Source: Macrostomum lignano (Eukaryota). Taken from it: 64,000 nucleotides of DNA. The stretch lies in the NCBI GenBank assembly GCA_002269645.1, contig NIVC01000976.1, positions 1 to 64,000 on the forward strand, written 5' to 3'. The position numbers and the translations under genes were made by a program. The notes under the pieces were generated by a model. That model had not been told where the DNA came from. It made no database searches and was given only the letters and a program-made list of their open reading frames with translations. This document shows, in pieces, positions 50,363 through 62,192 of this stretch. Position 1 is the first letter of the stretch. Every line of letters begins with the position of its first letter.

Positions 50363-52663
50363 TTAATCATGTTCAAACTCTTTGAACAATGGCACAGCGC
50401 AATAACAGTCTTTGCTGAACGATTCTACTGGAACAGCGATGCAGGGTCGATCGACCTCTGAAAAATTAACTATACGTTCGCGTCTGGCCGATCTGGGCGC
50501 ATTAGACAGGGATATCAATACAAAATTGAATGTCGAAGACTTTTTGAACATGGATTCCAGCAATGCTTTCCAATTAAGTAAATCGATGGGGAAAGTTGCT
50601 GCTGGTACTCGTAAAACAAAATCAAACAGCGAACCAATGGGATCCAAAATTTGCACTCGAATAGTATTAGGCTCGAGGAACTCTGCAATAGTGCAGATTT
50701 CGCCGGACTTCAATTGGCAAAGATGGTTAGAATTTTTCGACGCACAAGCTGAGCTTGTCGAGAAAAAATGTCCATTAAAATAAGCAAGTGAGTTTCGAAG
50801 AATACCATGTGGCCTGGATGGCTCTAAAGATATAGAGTTAACTGCATCCACTACAATAGAGTCCTTAACACAAGAAAAGTAGTGATGTAGCAACTTTTGA
50901 AACAAAAACTTGCGAACAAGCTGTGGGCCAAATGACACAGTTCCGCATAAGAACTTTTTGAACATGCCAATGGAGCTCTCAAATGCGAACATAGAATAAT
51001 TAAATACAGGTCCGTACAATTCGTACTGTTCAGCCATATGCAAAAGCAGGTGGAAATTAAGGCGGAGTACTTTCGGTCCGAATATTTGCTGAGCATTGGA
51101 GATAAAAGCTTTGCATAGCTTTTCGATATCAGTCTTATTTGATTGGGGGCTATACAACATGTGATAAATAAGAACTAAATTAGTTAACAGCAGTTTCAAT
51201 GGAAAATGCGAAATTCTCTGCAAAAACGTAGGAAGAAGAAAGTATAGCGCAAAGTTTTTAAAATGCTTTGCTTTCCAATCTGAAAAGCCTTTAAAATTTG
51301 TGTTGATTGTGATGCTAGAAGGAGTTATAGATTGACGAATACAATTAGATATGAAATCCATGCAATTAGCTGAGCAAAAATACAACTCGCGCCTGTTTGC
51401 AGGTAATGACAGCTCTTCTAGTAGATACTTGGTGTGGCCTTCGAAAAAGCAGTGTAAACTGTCAATAGGATTGCAGCTGGGAAACGGAACATAGTCTAAC
51501 AAGCAACTGCGCATCTTTACGCCAAAAACAGGCCGATTTCGAATTTGTGCGAGCCGACAGTGTTCAAGATGGGAAGATGGGTTTCTCAAAGGAAACAAGT
51601 AGCCTTCACCATAGCGGAAGATCCAGTTTTTACCTTTCTCGGATACTTTAAAGCTCTCACCTGGGTGCAAGCACCTAGGACAGCTAAACGCACCATTGTA
51701 CTGGTGAATGCAGAAGAGCTTAGCAAGAGCGGGCAAGTCACAAACAAAGAGTGTGTAATGGACATGAACGGTGTATTCCGAGAATATAAACTGTTTTGGC
51801 AAATTGTTCATAATTTCAGACAGAAAAGACTGGAAATGCGGGACTGCCTTCGATGAAACAAGAGCAATTAGAATTAAATTTGCAAAGCGTTGACGGATGT
51901 AAACAGGAAGGTTTAGAAGTTGAGCCTGAAATGGCCAAAAGCTACTCTGAACAGATTCAAAAAAATTGGCGCCATCAGCTGAGATTAGAAGATGCAAGTG
52001 AAGCGACTTGCCAGAAGATAGGCTTAAGCCTTGTTCTTTAACTATTTTGGAATTCAAAACGTCTGTGTTTTTATCCTTTTGCAATTCTTGCTCATACTGC
52101 AGAATAGTTGAAGTGTGGCTGCTTAAGATAGTCCGCAGCTGTGGAACAATATTGAGCTGTGTCACAGCAACCTTTGACTTTGGGGAATGAACCTGACACT
52201 GGCTTTTGCATTCTGGGCAAAAGCCAAATTCAGACACGTCACTATCATCAAGAGGGCAAGTATCTTGAATCAATGATTTGAGCAACTTGACGCTATTTGG
52301 AAGAGCTAGAGAATCTCTACTAAAAATAGAAAGTAGCTTCAGGAGTCTATCAAGAGCAGCCTCTGAAACTCCGGAAGTAATTGCCCACTGAAAAATCAGA
52401 GCCGCCTGCACACTGGGATCTGAGATGGAAGCCAAATTCGCTAAGCTATCTGAACTCTCCTCAAGCACAGGCACAGCATTGTTTTCACCAATAAAAGTTT
52501 CCACAGCGTCAGGACAGCTGTGCGAGTGCGTTACACCGGCTTCGCTTGAAATTGAACTCCTATTACTTGTAGAAAAACTATTTGAGGGAGAAGAAATCGC
52601 CTGACAAGAGTAGGCTGAGTAATTAGTAGAAAGAGAGTGCTCAGATTCTGATTTACTAGACAT
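50363..52663 (-). CDS. EnSpm/CACTA-type DDE transposase, 766 aa, uninterrupted
   Basis: Motifs are ISADGANFF..S.WP...LNLP..IR, FVCDLPA....NGAFSCPRC, PIDSLHC, WKAKHFKNF and NFHLLLH...YGP....MFAFE. These supply D/D/E plus the CxxC and H motifs typical of the CMC superfamily. Confidence 0.92.
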   Translation of the reverse strand: MSSKSESEHSLSTNYSAYSCQAISSPSNSFSTSNRSSISSEAGVTHSHSCPDAVETFIGENNAVPVLEESSDSLANLASISDPSVQAALIFQWAITSGVSEAALDRLLKLLSIFSRDSLALPNSVKLLKSLIQDTCPLDDSDVSEFGFCPECKSQCQVHSPKSKVAVTQLNIVPQLRTILSSHTSTILQYEQELQKDKNTDVLNSKIVKEQGLSLSSGKSLHLHLLISADGANFFESVQSSFWPFQAQLLNLPVYIRQRFANLILIALVSSKAVPHFQSFLSEIMNNLPKQFIFSEYTVHVHYTLFVCDLPALAKLFCIHQYNGAFSCPRCLHPGESFKVSEKGKNWIFRYGEGYLFPLRNPSSHLEHCRLAQIRNRPVFGVKMRSCLLDYVPFPSCNPIDSLHCFFEGHTKYLLEELSLPANRRELYFCSANCMDFISNCIRQSITPSSITINTNFKGFSDWKAKHFKNFALYFLLPTFLQRISHFPLKLLLTNLVLIYHMLYSPQSNKTDIEKLCKAFISNAQQIFGPKVLRLNFHLLLHMAEQYELYGPVFNYSMFAFESSIGMFKKFLCGTVSFGPQLVRKFLFQKLLHHYFSCVKDSIVVDAVNSISLEPSRPHGILRNSLAYFNGHFFSTSSACASKNSNHLCQLKSGEICTIAEFLEPNTIRVQILDPIGSLFDFVLRVPAATFPIDLLNWKALLESMFKKSSTFNFVLISLSNAPRSARRERIVNFSEVDRPCIAVPVESFSKDCYCAVPLFKEFEHD

Positions 52664-52712
52664 AAAAATAGCAATTCAAATATTCAAAAGTTACTAGAAT
52701 TTTTTCCGCAAT

Positions 52713-54663
52713 TCACGGTCCCATTCGCCTTGAGCGGGAAATGGAATCCCCTGACTCGGGTCCAGAAGCAGCAGTTGAAGTTCGCTTTCTCGCCCGTGTC
52801 TCCTCCCTGGCCAGCTGATTGAGATGGTCTCGTACAGACTTCCAGATTTCGTGGAAGTCGTAGCCAGATGTTCGATAGCACAATTGAAGCAAACCTGAAA
52901 ATTCACGAGTATAGTAAAATATTTTTACAATAGACATTGTGTACTGTGTTTATAGTAGAAATAGGCTAAATTTAAAAGGAAGTTGATTTATGATGCTAAT
53001 CATTAAATAGGTCAATGGGATGTATTGAACTTTAGAACTATTTTTCCTCAATTTCTTTTATCTCAGACCTAAATGTGTTTTTTTAGAAAATATCCCAAGT
53101 ATTGGATTCAGATCATTTAGCATTAATTAGCCTAAATTGCTTTATAATAAAAAAATTGCACAAAACTGTGAAAAAATTATATATATATATTTACGTTGAA
53201 ACTCTGTCACATGCTCAGATGGAGCAGGCCTTCGGGAACTGCGAGCACCACAGGATGAATCGATTATATGCTCAAGCAAGTAGCCTTCGCCAAATCGCAG
53301 CTTGATATACCTTCGGAGGAACACCTTAGGATCGTTGCAAAGAATTGAAGACAGCTCAGCTAGGGAACCATCAATGCACCTAAATTCCTAAAAAATGTTA
53401 TTATATAGTAGAACTTTTATACTACAGACGTGATGCTGCTGATGCTAAGAAAAAACTGACATACCTCATTTTGGTATTCTTTAATTGTTAGCATTCCACC
53501 AAAGTTGTCATCCTTTTTTAAAAGTCGGCATATCCTTGCAGCAAGACGCTTCTCAAGAGAAAGCAACTCGGATTGAATGAACAGTTTTAGATCTAGAGTA
53601 AGATATATGCTCATATATAAAAATATGGTGATTTTGATTTTTAATAATGTGATTGTATCATATTAAAAAAATAAAATTATACCTTTCATTGTTGCATCCG
53701 ATTCACTGTTTACTATCTGTACCCCTCGGAGGGGTTGCACTTCTTGAATTGCACCTAGTGATAAAAAAGGCTTATTGCTACAAAAATATTGACTCATTTG
53801 GTATTTGGTTTTCAATTAGGTGTAATAGAATATACAAACTTGATTCCAAGAGGCCTGTGGCACGAGCTTGCTCATTTTCAACCAAAGATGCCTCTCTCTC
53901 AAATGCAGAAATGGCTTTTTCTAAAAAATAATAATTAATCAAATAATACAACAAAAAAAACAAATTGCAAACAATTAATAGTTCATATATATTGCAGTTT
54001 TACCCATTGATTGAGTAGCTGGTATCGCCAAATTTGGTTCGCCACTTTCACTATCCACTTCATAAAGCTCGTCAAGTAGTCCATGCTGATGACAACTAGA
54101 ACTTGAAGCAACCTGCTTTGAACTAGATGACCTTATTGTCCTTACATTTGCAATGCCAGCTTGGGGATCTTTCATTGCAAAAAGCTCAATAGCTTGGCTA
54201 ATCAATGAATCAGTATTTTCAGCCTCACTAACCAAGTTGGAAAGTTGGTTCATAGTTGAAGCCATTTGCCTTTCACTACCTTTTGCCACAAGTGTAGCAG
54301 AAAATAGTTTGCCATACATGCGTAAAAAGACTTTAGTCCCCTAAAATATAATTTAATAAAGTAATATTACATTTGTAGTTGGAATAATTTGTTTTAGAAA
54401 CCATGTACTCAATAACAAAATATTATGCATATAAATCCAACTTAAAATCTTACTTGTGCAAGTTCCAACTTTTCATCATTAGTTATTGTACTTGGCCAAT
54501 AGGGAGACCCAAATGCAATGGTCACATATTGCTCATCATGGCCAACATTGTGAAGAATAAAGCAGAAAAACAATGCTGAATTGTCATTTCCAAATTTAGA
54601 AGTACTTTTTGTCTGCTTTCGAAGAGGCCTAGAATTAGATGCACTTAATCCAATATCATCCAT
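52713..54663 (-). CDS. Spliced accessory ORF2 of the CACTA element, with a BEN-like C-terminal domain
   Basis: About six exons (near 54663-54454, 54340-54000, 53940-53780, 53614-53465, 53380-53195 and 52890-52713). Phase-compatible joins checked by hand include LELAQ|GTKVFLRMYG and TEFQ|RLLQLC. The C-terminus FLRRYIKLRFGEGYLLEH...G...PAP..V...EIWKSVRDHLNQLARE resembles the BEN pattern. Confidence 0.55.
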
Positions 54664-57600
54664 AACAATTTGTTCTGAAAAAGTTTCACAAGGAGATAAG
54701 GTTTGAAGAATCAATCAAGAGGCCAATGACAAACCAATTAGAATTGTATATAAAAAAAATTTAATGTAGGGACCCTAGGCCCCTATGATTTTAAATAAAA
54801 ATTATAATATAAGGCCTAGGCCCTATATATAGGCCTATAATTATAAAGTTGTGCCATTGTGGATTTTCTGATACAAAGTAGACAATATTAGGCCTAATTG
54901 GGCCTAGTCTAGTCTAGTTTTGATTATAGACTGTATATTAGATACAAAGGACATGAAAGGTCTCGAAATTAAGTACCAATTACCATAATATACTATTATT
55001 TTTTATTATTTTGAAACTGTCAGCCTACCATGTGATTTTTATCATTAGGCTATGGCCTAGGTCTAGGATGCCACTTTAGACTAGGCCTTTGGCTTTGGTT
55101 AGGCCAACCTATCATTATAAAAATGCAGCAAAATATCATTCAAAAATATACATCTAACCCCTATAGGTTATCTTTGCATCCCAAATATAATATATAATAG
55201 GGTTTCTATTTTCTAATATATCTACAAATACAATTTTCACTGAAGGAGTGAAGATCAAAATTAGCATGTCAAAAAACCTTACAAGCCACCGAATTTTAAA
55301 ACTAGCTACCAAAAGTGGAACTGGAAGTATATAGCTAAGAAAAAACATAAACATAAACATAGCACATAGTGACACATAATGAAATGATGACAACATGCAA
55401 GAGTGACAGAGTCCTCTTAGAAAGGAAAAATAGGCCTAGTAATTTATGTTTATGGGAAGTTAAGTCCGTAATTAACTAAACCGAAACAAAATGGCCAACA
55501 AAATTGCTGGTAATATATTCAAAGCAATTTGTAGGTGAAGATTTTAACAAATTTATTAAACTATTTTTTGTATTTACAATTTCCCTTTTATTAAATATAT
55601 TTAAAACTTTATTAGATATACATAAAATAGCCTGAAATTTTTTATAAGCTTAGTTATTTATTTTCCCGTATGAACTCCCTGACATGGATGATTTTACCAT
55701 GGAAAGTTTTAAAAATCCATGCATGAAAATACCATGAACATGCATGATTTATCAATGGATCATGGATCATAGATGATTTATCCATGATAAGAGAGTAGGG
55801 AGGCTACTTCAGGCTGTAGACTGTACTACACTATTAATTAGTTGCGCTAAGGAATCTACATGTATTTGCTCGCAGCGCAGCGCGCTGCTCAAATAAGGTT
55901 AGATCCATCTAGATATTCTAGTAATTTCAGGTTTGTCCATAGACTAGAGCTCATGAGATGAGAATTCCATTAACTAGTACATTTAATATGAATGAACTGC
56001 GTGTGTGTGCTGTGCATACATATGTATAATATACGAGTAGTTTATGGGCCAAATTATTGTGTGGCACAATTCTTGGCATCACTCAGCAGGCACAAGATGC
56101 AGTTAAGCAGCGCACGAAAATTCTACAAAAGAAATTGAGCCTGGTTGAAGTGATGCGAGGAGGCAGATCCACACAATCTCAGTGAATACACCAGACTGCA
56201 CCAGATACGAGTCCAGTCGAATGTGCGCACTGGTCTAAGCAGCACACGCATGTCCTCCTGACAATGACGGCACCTAGCTTCGTCCAAGCCTTTGCCAGCG
56301 TCACTGACAGACAGTGTCAATACTACCATGCAGTGCCACCTGCAGCACCGACAACGGAGATTCCTCCAGTTAGCCCACAACAGTGGCTAAACTGAGGGAC
56401 AGGGAACCTACCCGCAGAAGACACACACATACACACACAGCACCGGCAGCAGCACTCTGACAGCATAAACTGAAGCTCCATGAGCTCAGTTTTCAAGCAT
56501 TGAAGAAGCAGAAGCAGTCATCTTGAATCCAGGGATCAGGAAGAGTGTTGCATGTCCGACATGTGCTGTTTCCGTGGCAAAAGGTGATGGAGCAAATTAA
56601 TCAACACTTACTATCTAGCTCGTATTAAGACTAAAAAACTGAGGCAAGCTGGGATTAAACCAAGGAAAATTTTTTACTATACTTTTTTACCATATCACTT
56701 GTTATTTGTAAATTGTAAATAATTGTAATTGTTAATTGTAAATAGTGGTTACTTTTATAGTATAGTAGAGAGGTACTCTATTTAAATGCAGTAAGAAGTG
56801 AAACAAATTTATATATTTAATTATTAAATTAAATTAATTCAAGGTAAATAACTAATTTAACCAATTTATTAGGAGTATTTAATATTATAATAAATTGATT
56901 TTTATACCTTACACGAAATAAGCTCTACATTCATTTCTTAGCTTGGGGCCCATCTGTATAAGGTCAGTTTCTTCAAAATGCTGATTAATTAATTAAGGCC
57001 TGTTGTCTTTACTTAAATTTATAAGGGCATCTTAGAAGTTAATATTACTATATAATAACATGTATAATATTATTACTATATTATAATAATATAGTTGCAA
57101 TTTTAATGACTATTGAATAAGTCTAAATGCTTCCCCTATTGACTTTAAATATATGGTATCTTTCCCTTCAGAAAAAATTAGCATAGAATGACTTGATGAA
57201 AACAAAAAAAATCATTTCGAGATACACATTTGCTGATCATTCAGGTCAAATTTCAAGGTCCAGTTTTGCACATGTTTCTCTGTAGCTTGGTTACAATGAT
57301 TCTAATAAAAATATAATAAATATGTCCAATGAACTAACTGATACATAGCCAAATTGAAGTATTTTCAAAAACAAAAAAAATCATTTGCTCAGTTTACTTT
57401 ACTGGATATCTGTGTAAAATTTCAGCTCAAAAGGTGCTCCATGGAGAATGCTAGTGTGGTTACAGGATATTTATTTTGTGCTTCAAAGTAGGAGTTTATT
57501 GCGATGCATGGTTGCTTTTAATTATTTTTATCAACAATAGTGCTCTATTTCATAACAATTTTTTACAAAAAGATAATAAGACATGTTTTTCTAATTATCT

Positions 57601-58110
57601 GCATCAAAATCTATCATTTTAAGCGCACATTCTAGACGTCAGCTGAAAAATACATTTTGTGAGATGAGAAGAGGCTATCCCACTGGAAATGCTAGGCGTA
57701 CAGTTAAGCGTCTATAAAATAATTTATAGTGCAGTTTATTAAGCTTTAAAAAATCTTAAATTAAATTTATATAAGCTTTCATTTTAAATGTAATATAGAA
57801 AGGTTTCAACACAACAACAACTTTTTTTAGCTACAGACATCTTGTAGTATCAAAAATTAACATCGGTGAAATGATTGAATTTGAATTTTTTCATCGCTAA
57901 TTATTGCTTAATACCGCCAGATGATTAAAAACACTTTTGCATGATAAAGTTCAACCCAAAAATTATCTTTATTCACAGATAAAAGTGTCCTATTATTTTC
58001 AATATGACAGTAACAATAGTAAATGTTCGGAAAATTGTTAAAATTTTTGCTCCTCCTAGAATTTGCGAACGACCCCAGTGGTTTTTATTTATGCAAAAAT
58101 ATATAGGCTC

Positions 58111-58464
58111 ACCAATGAGGCGGAAGGCCTTTTTGTTTCAATAGATGGAATGGCAGCAAAGAGTTTGTGCTGCTTTGCGCGTGTATTTATATATTTACAA
58201 ACAACGCCAGATTGAGGGGCCCGCTCTTCTGCAGCTCCGCGGTCTTCGGCGCCCGGCTTTCGGCGCCCGCTCCTCTGCACTCTCGCTGCCTCGGCTACCA
58301 CTTGACGTTCGGGGCCTAGCTCGGTGCTGGGGGGAGCTGATCACGTCGGGTTCACCAATGAGGCGGAAGGCCTTTTTGTTTCAATAGATGGAATGGCAGC
58401 AAAGAGTTTGTGCTGCTTTGCGCGTATATTTATATATTTACAAACAACGCCAGATTGAGGGGCC
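58111..58464 (+). repeat. Direct duplication of about 110 bp, spaced 243 bp apart
   Basis: ACCAATGAGGCGGAAGGCC...AGATTGAGGGGCC occurs at about 58111-58221 and 58354-58464. Confidence 0.85.
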
Positions 58465-61400
58465 AAGCCAAGGTAGGTGCGAAACAGGTGGCGTGGCGCA
58501 ATTGGCTACGCCAACCCCCTGGCTTAGCGAGCCGGCTGGCGCGGTGCGCAACCACCCCACCTCAGCTAGACAGAGGTTGGGGGGTTTCCAGTGCGGCTGC
58601 ACTAGTCTGCCAGTCGCGTACAGTCTGGCCGCCACACTACACACTGTTAAATGTCCTCGTTCCCATTGGCTTTCGCCATTCACATTTAATGTGCATGAAT
58701 AAAAAAATCTTAGACAAAGGCGCTGTTTAAAATATACTCATAAAATATACAGCTGTTTCATCCATTTTCCTGTTTTTACTCTTCAATGCTGTCATTTTGC
58801 ATTCGAATTTTGTTATGACATTGACGTACTGCATGCATACTACACACAGAAGTAAATAGCAGCATTATTGCTATCTTAATGTTTCTTATAAATATCTAAG
58901 TGCCTGGAATTACAAGTATGCTTCTTCTAGCAAAGCATTTTACTTTTAATTATAAAATTTATTTTAATTGCTAAAAACTATTAGATTTTCTCTCATAAAT
59001 AACACTAGTTACCTTGCACAACTATTCCTGATCACAAAAGTGCTAACACGTTGAAGTTAGTTCTTTTACAAACAAAATTTTTGCAGTAAGACTTTGTACA
59101 TGCATTGCATCACCTTTGTTCGATGCTAATCTATTTTGAGCAATAAGCTAGATAGCTGATACCAATTTTTTATTAGAGTTAAAGCTAAAAAGTCATCAGA
59201 CACAGTTTTGGCATTATTTATTCGAAAAAATATAATTTCTTCAATTTTTTGTGTTTGCTTCTTTAAAGATTGCAAGAGCAAATGCACAAGAAAATCATTA
59301 TGTTTATTGACTTTTAAAATTGTTTATGAAAGGTTATAGATGAAAGTAATCAATACATTTTATTTCAACATACTTTGTTTTAGCTGCCAGCACCAAGCCT
59401 GAACTACTGCTTGCCTGGTCTCCTGTCTACATTCTGAGCCTATTTACCAAGCTGTGTACAGGCCAACAATGCTTCATGTCTGTCTAACCTAATAACAGGC
59501 ATTATGGCATTCCATGTCTTATACCCACTTGTTGCAACTCGGTGTACCTAGCTTGCCACCCTTAGAGTTGTGGCAAGGCTGGTTGCTTTTGTGGTGGTAA
59601 TTGGTTTGATTATCAGCATACAGAAGATGGCTGTGCTAACCAGATGACATCAACGACAGCCTAGAGGCTAATCTACTGCGAACTGCCTTCAAGATGAGTG
59701 ACTGAAGTTCTTCAACTGCTTGCTGGCCGAGACAGGCACTCTAGCCTTTCCTTTTGCCTGCAGGCATCGTCTTTCATACGCATTAACTCCAAAATTTAAG
59801 AACTTCACTTTCATCTGACTAAATAAAAAGACAAGACTCATATTCTCTCATGTACAGATCAGAAATGTGCACTTTTAAAGTGTTTTGATTCGCAACGAAT
59901 ATCTATAAAATATAGTGTATTTATGCAATGTAACAGCAATGTATGGATAAATTCTTTATACATACTGATATAGAAAATAGAAAATGCTCCTTTGTTTTTG
60001 AAATGCATTCTTGTAATGTTCAGTGTTTAAAAAATGTAAGGCCTGAAAAATAAGTCAAGGCCAAATTGGCAACTACCATGAAGCTCATATACTTGGATCA
60101 AGCTTGCGCAGTTGGCGTATGCTGGCTGACATTGGATTATCTATCAGACTTGGAGTCTCGCCGCAGTAAACCCTTCAAAAAACGTTAGCTAGCCTTTTTG
60201 AGATGCAGCATAGCATTCCAGGTTCAATGAGCATGTCTATGAAAATTGCATTATAAATTGTCAAGACCACCAAGGTGAGACCTCAATATTAGGCTGAGGA
60301 ACATGGGCGACGCTTCTCAGTGTGCAATTTCCACTAAGGCCAGCAAAGTGCAATCGGGCAGCCACATTATGTCAGTTGTAGTGAGTTCCATTTGGATGAG
60401 TAACATTCAGGCTCTACTGCTGCTGCTGCTAGACTAAAATAATTGGCGCAAGTTCCCTTGGCACAATTCCCGCAGGGCAATCAGGTGGGCTCCAAATTCC
60501 TCTCCAAGATTGGCACCAGCATGCCTGACATTGCTTTTCATGGCCTCCAATTGAGACTATCGAAACAATTGATCCTGGAAGCCCAAAAATTTGACAATGG
60601 GACTCGAGTGCTGCAATGATGAGCAACGCTGAAATTGAGCTGCATCAAAATGTTCTGTAGTTATGGGTAATAGTGAAATGAGGAATTTTATCTGTCTAAT
60701 CATTGGAATGAACTTCCCTGAAAGGTCATGCTATAACTTTTGTTGAAAATTGTGCCATTAAGAATTTAGGGACACTAGGCCTAGCCATGTAACATGTAAG
60801 AATGTCATCACTTGCCCCAACCATTGGCTACCCTTGATCCTCACATACTGGAAAGACAGCATTTAGAAAATTTACTCACTTGGTGCAGTCAAGTGTAGTT
60901 AAGACCTTGGGGTGTCAAGAAATACATTTGGTGGGTTAATTTAATTGGCCTCTAGAAGCATATCATATTCTGCAATGGTGTTTTATCAGGCCAATGCTTA
61001 GCACAAATTCCCATAGAGTTTGATAGGCTCTGGAAAGATGGCATAATTGATCAAATAAAATACAATGTTAGTCTTTTATACAAGCACAAGTACTGAACAT
61101 CACAAGAAAATCTGAATATTTATAGCCTTCTCCCTAACATGGTTTGCACCAAGCATTTCATTGGCATGATAATTACTGAAGTACATGTAAATGATAAGAT
61201 AATATATTGGTTTAATATTAAAACAATCAACTTAAAAAATAAAAAAATTATTATTGAATAAAAATGTGATAACTAGGCATACATAAGTAGGAGCTACTAT
61301 ATAATATGAATATTTGCATTAAAAGACAAAAACTAAAACAAGTTACTAAAATATAAGATAATTTGGAATTTTACTTACCTATAACAATGTAAATTATAAC

Positions 61401-61959
61401 TGAATATAAATAGCTATTAATAAACTATATTTAAAATTTAAAATGCAAAAACTTCAGATCATTAGAGCCTTTAATTTAATAGGTAGAGGTAGAGCACTAA
61501 AATGAATAAATTTTGCCACTTTCAAAGCTTTGTGAAGGAGATTTTCTCTAGGATTAGAGGCCTAGGTAATAAATATTTTTATGCTATGCGCATAGTGTGT
61601 TAGGATTAAGCAAGGATAATGATGTAAAAAAAGTAAAATGTAAAAAATATAATAATAAATAATTTAAATATATTTAAAAAAATTATTATACATTCTAGTT
61701 CTAGTTGCCTAGTAAAATGGTTAGGGCTTTTTTATGAATAGGTCTATATTGTTAGTCTTAATTTACGGCTGGCTTAAAATTGATAGCTTTCTAACTAAAG
61801 ACTAAGCAAAAAACAATATGAAATTTGTACTGGTAAATAGTGTCTGTATTTAATTACATGGACAGGTCTAGTAAAAATTAAAATTAGGATAGTTACGAAT
61901 ATGCATTGAAAGGGAACAACACACATTTGCGAGTATTCACAACTTTGGGCTAATGAAAT

Positions 61960-62192
61960 TGTTATGTCTTCTTTTACACCGAAGAAAGACGGAAGATAGT
62001 GTTTGAGCGTTTGCGAGCTTATGCCACTCGAGAGCATAGCCGTTTTAGAAACTAATTATATTTCTTTGGCTCGCGAGCCGCATCAAGCATTTAATACTGT
62101 ACCGAGTATCTAGAGTTTCCACCCTAGACACTTTAGAAGCAGAAAGCAAACGAGGCCGAAGTCTATAAGAAGTCAGAAGTCACGTCACAACA
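61960..62192 (-). repeat. 3' LTR (233 bp) of the Gypsy element
   Basis: On the minus strand it runs TGTTGTGAC...GACATAACA, directly after the polypurine tract AAAGGAAGAGGGA (62205-62193). Confidence 0.8.

Larger units (their letters stand above)
48997..55800 (-). mobile_element. EnSpm/CACTA (CMC superfamily) DNA transposon, 6804 bp, apparently full length
   Basis: TIRs CCCTACTCTC-NNNN-CATGGATAAATCAT match at 25 of 28 positions. A 2-bp TSD AG lies at 48995-48996 and 55801-55802. Both ends carry CATGGA-rich subterminal repeats. The element encodes a transposase and a second spliced gene. Confidence 0.88.
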
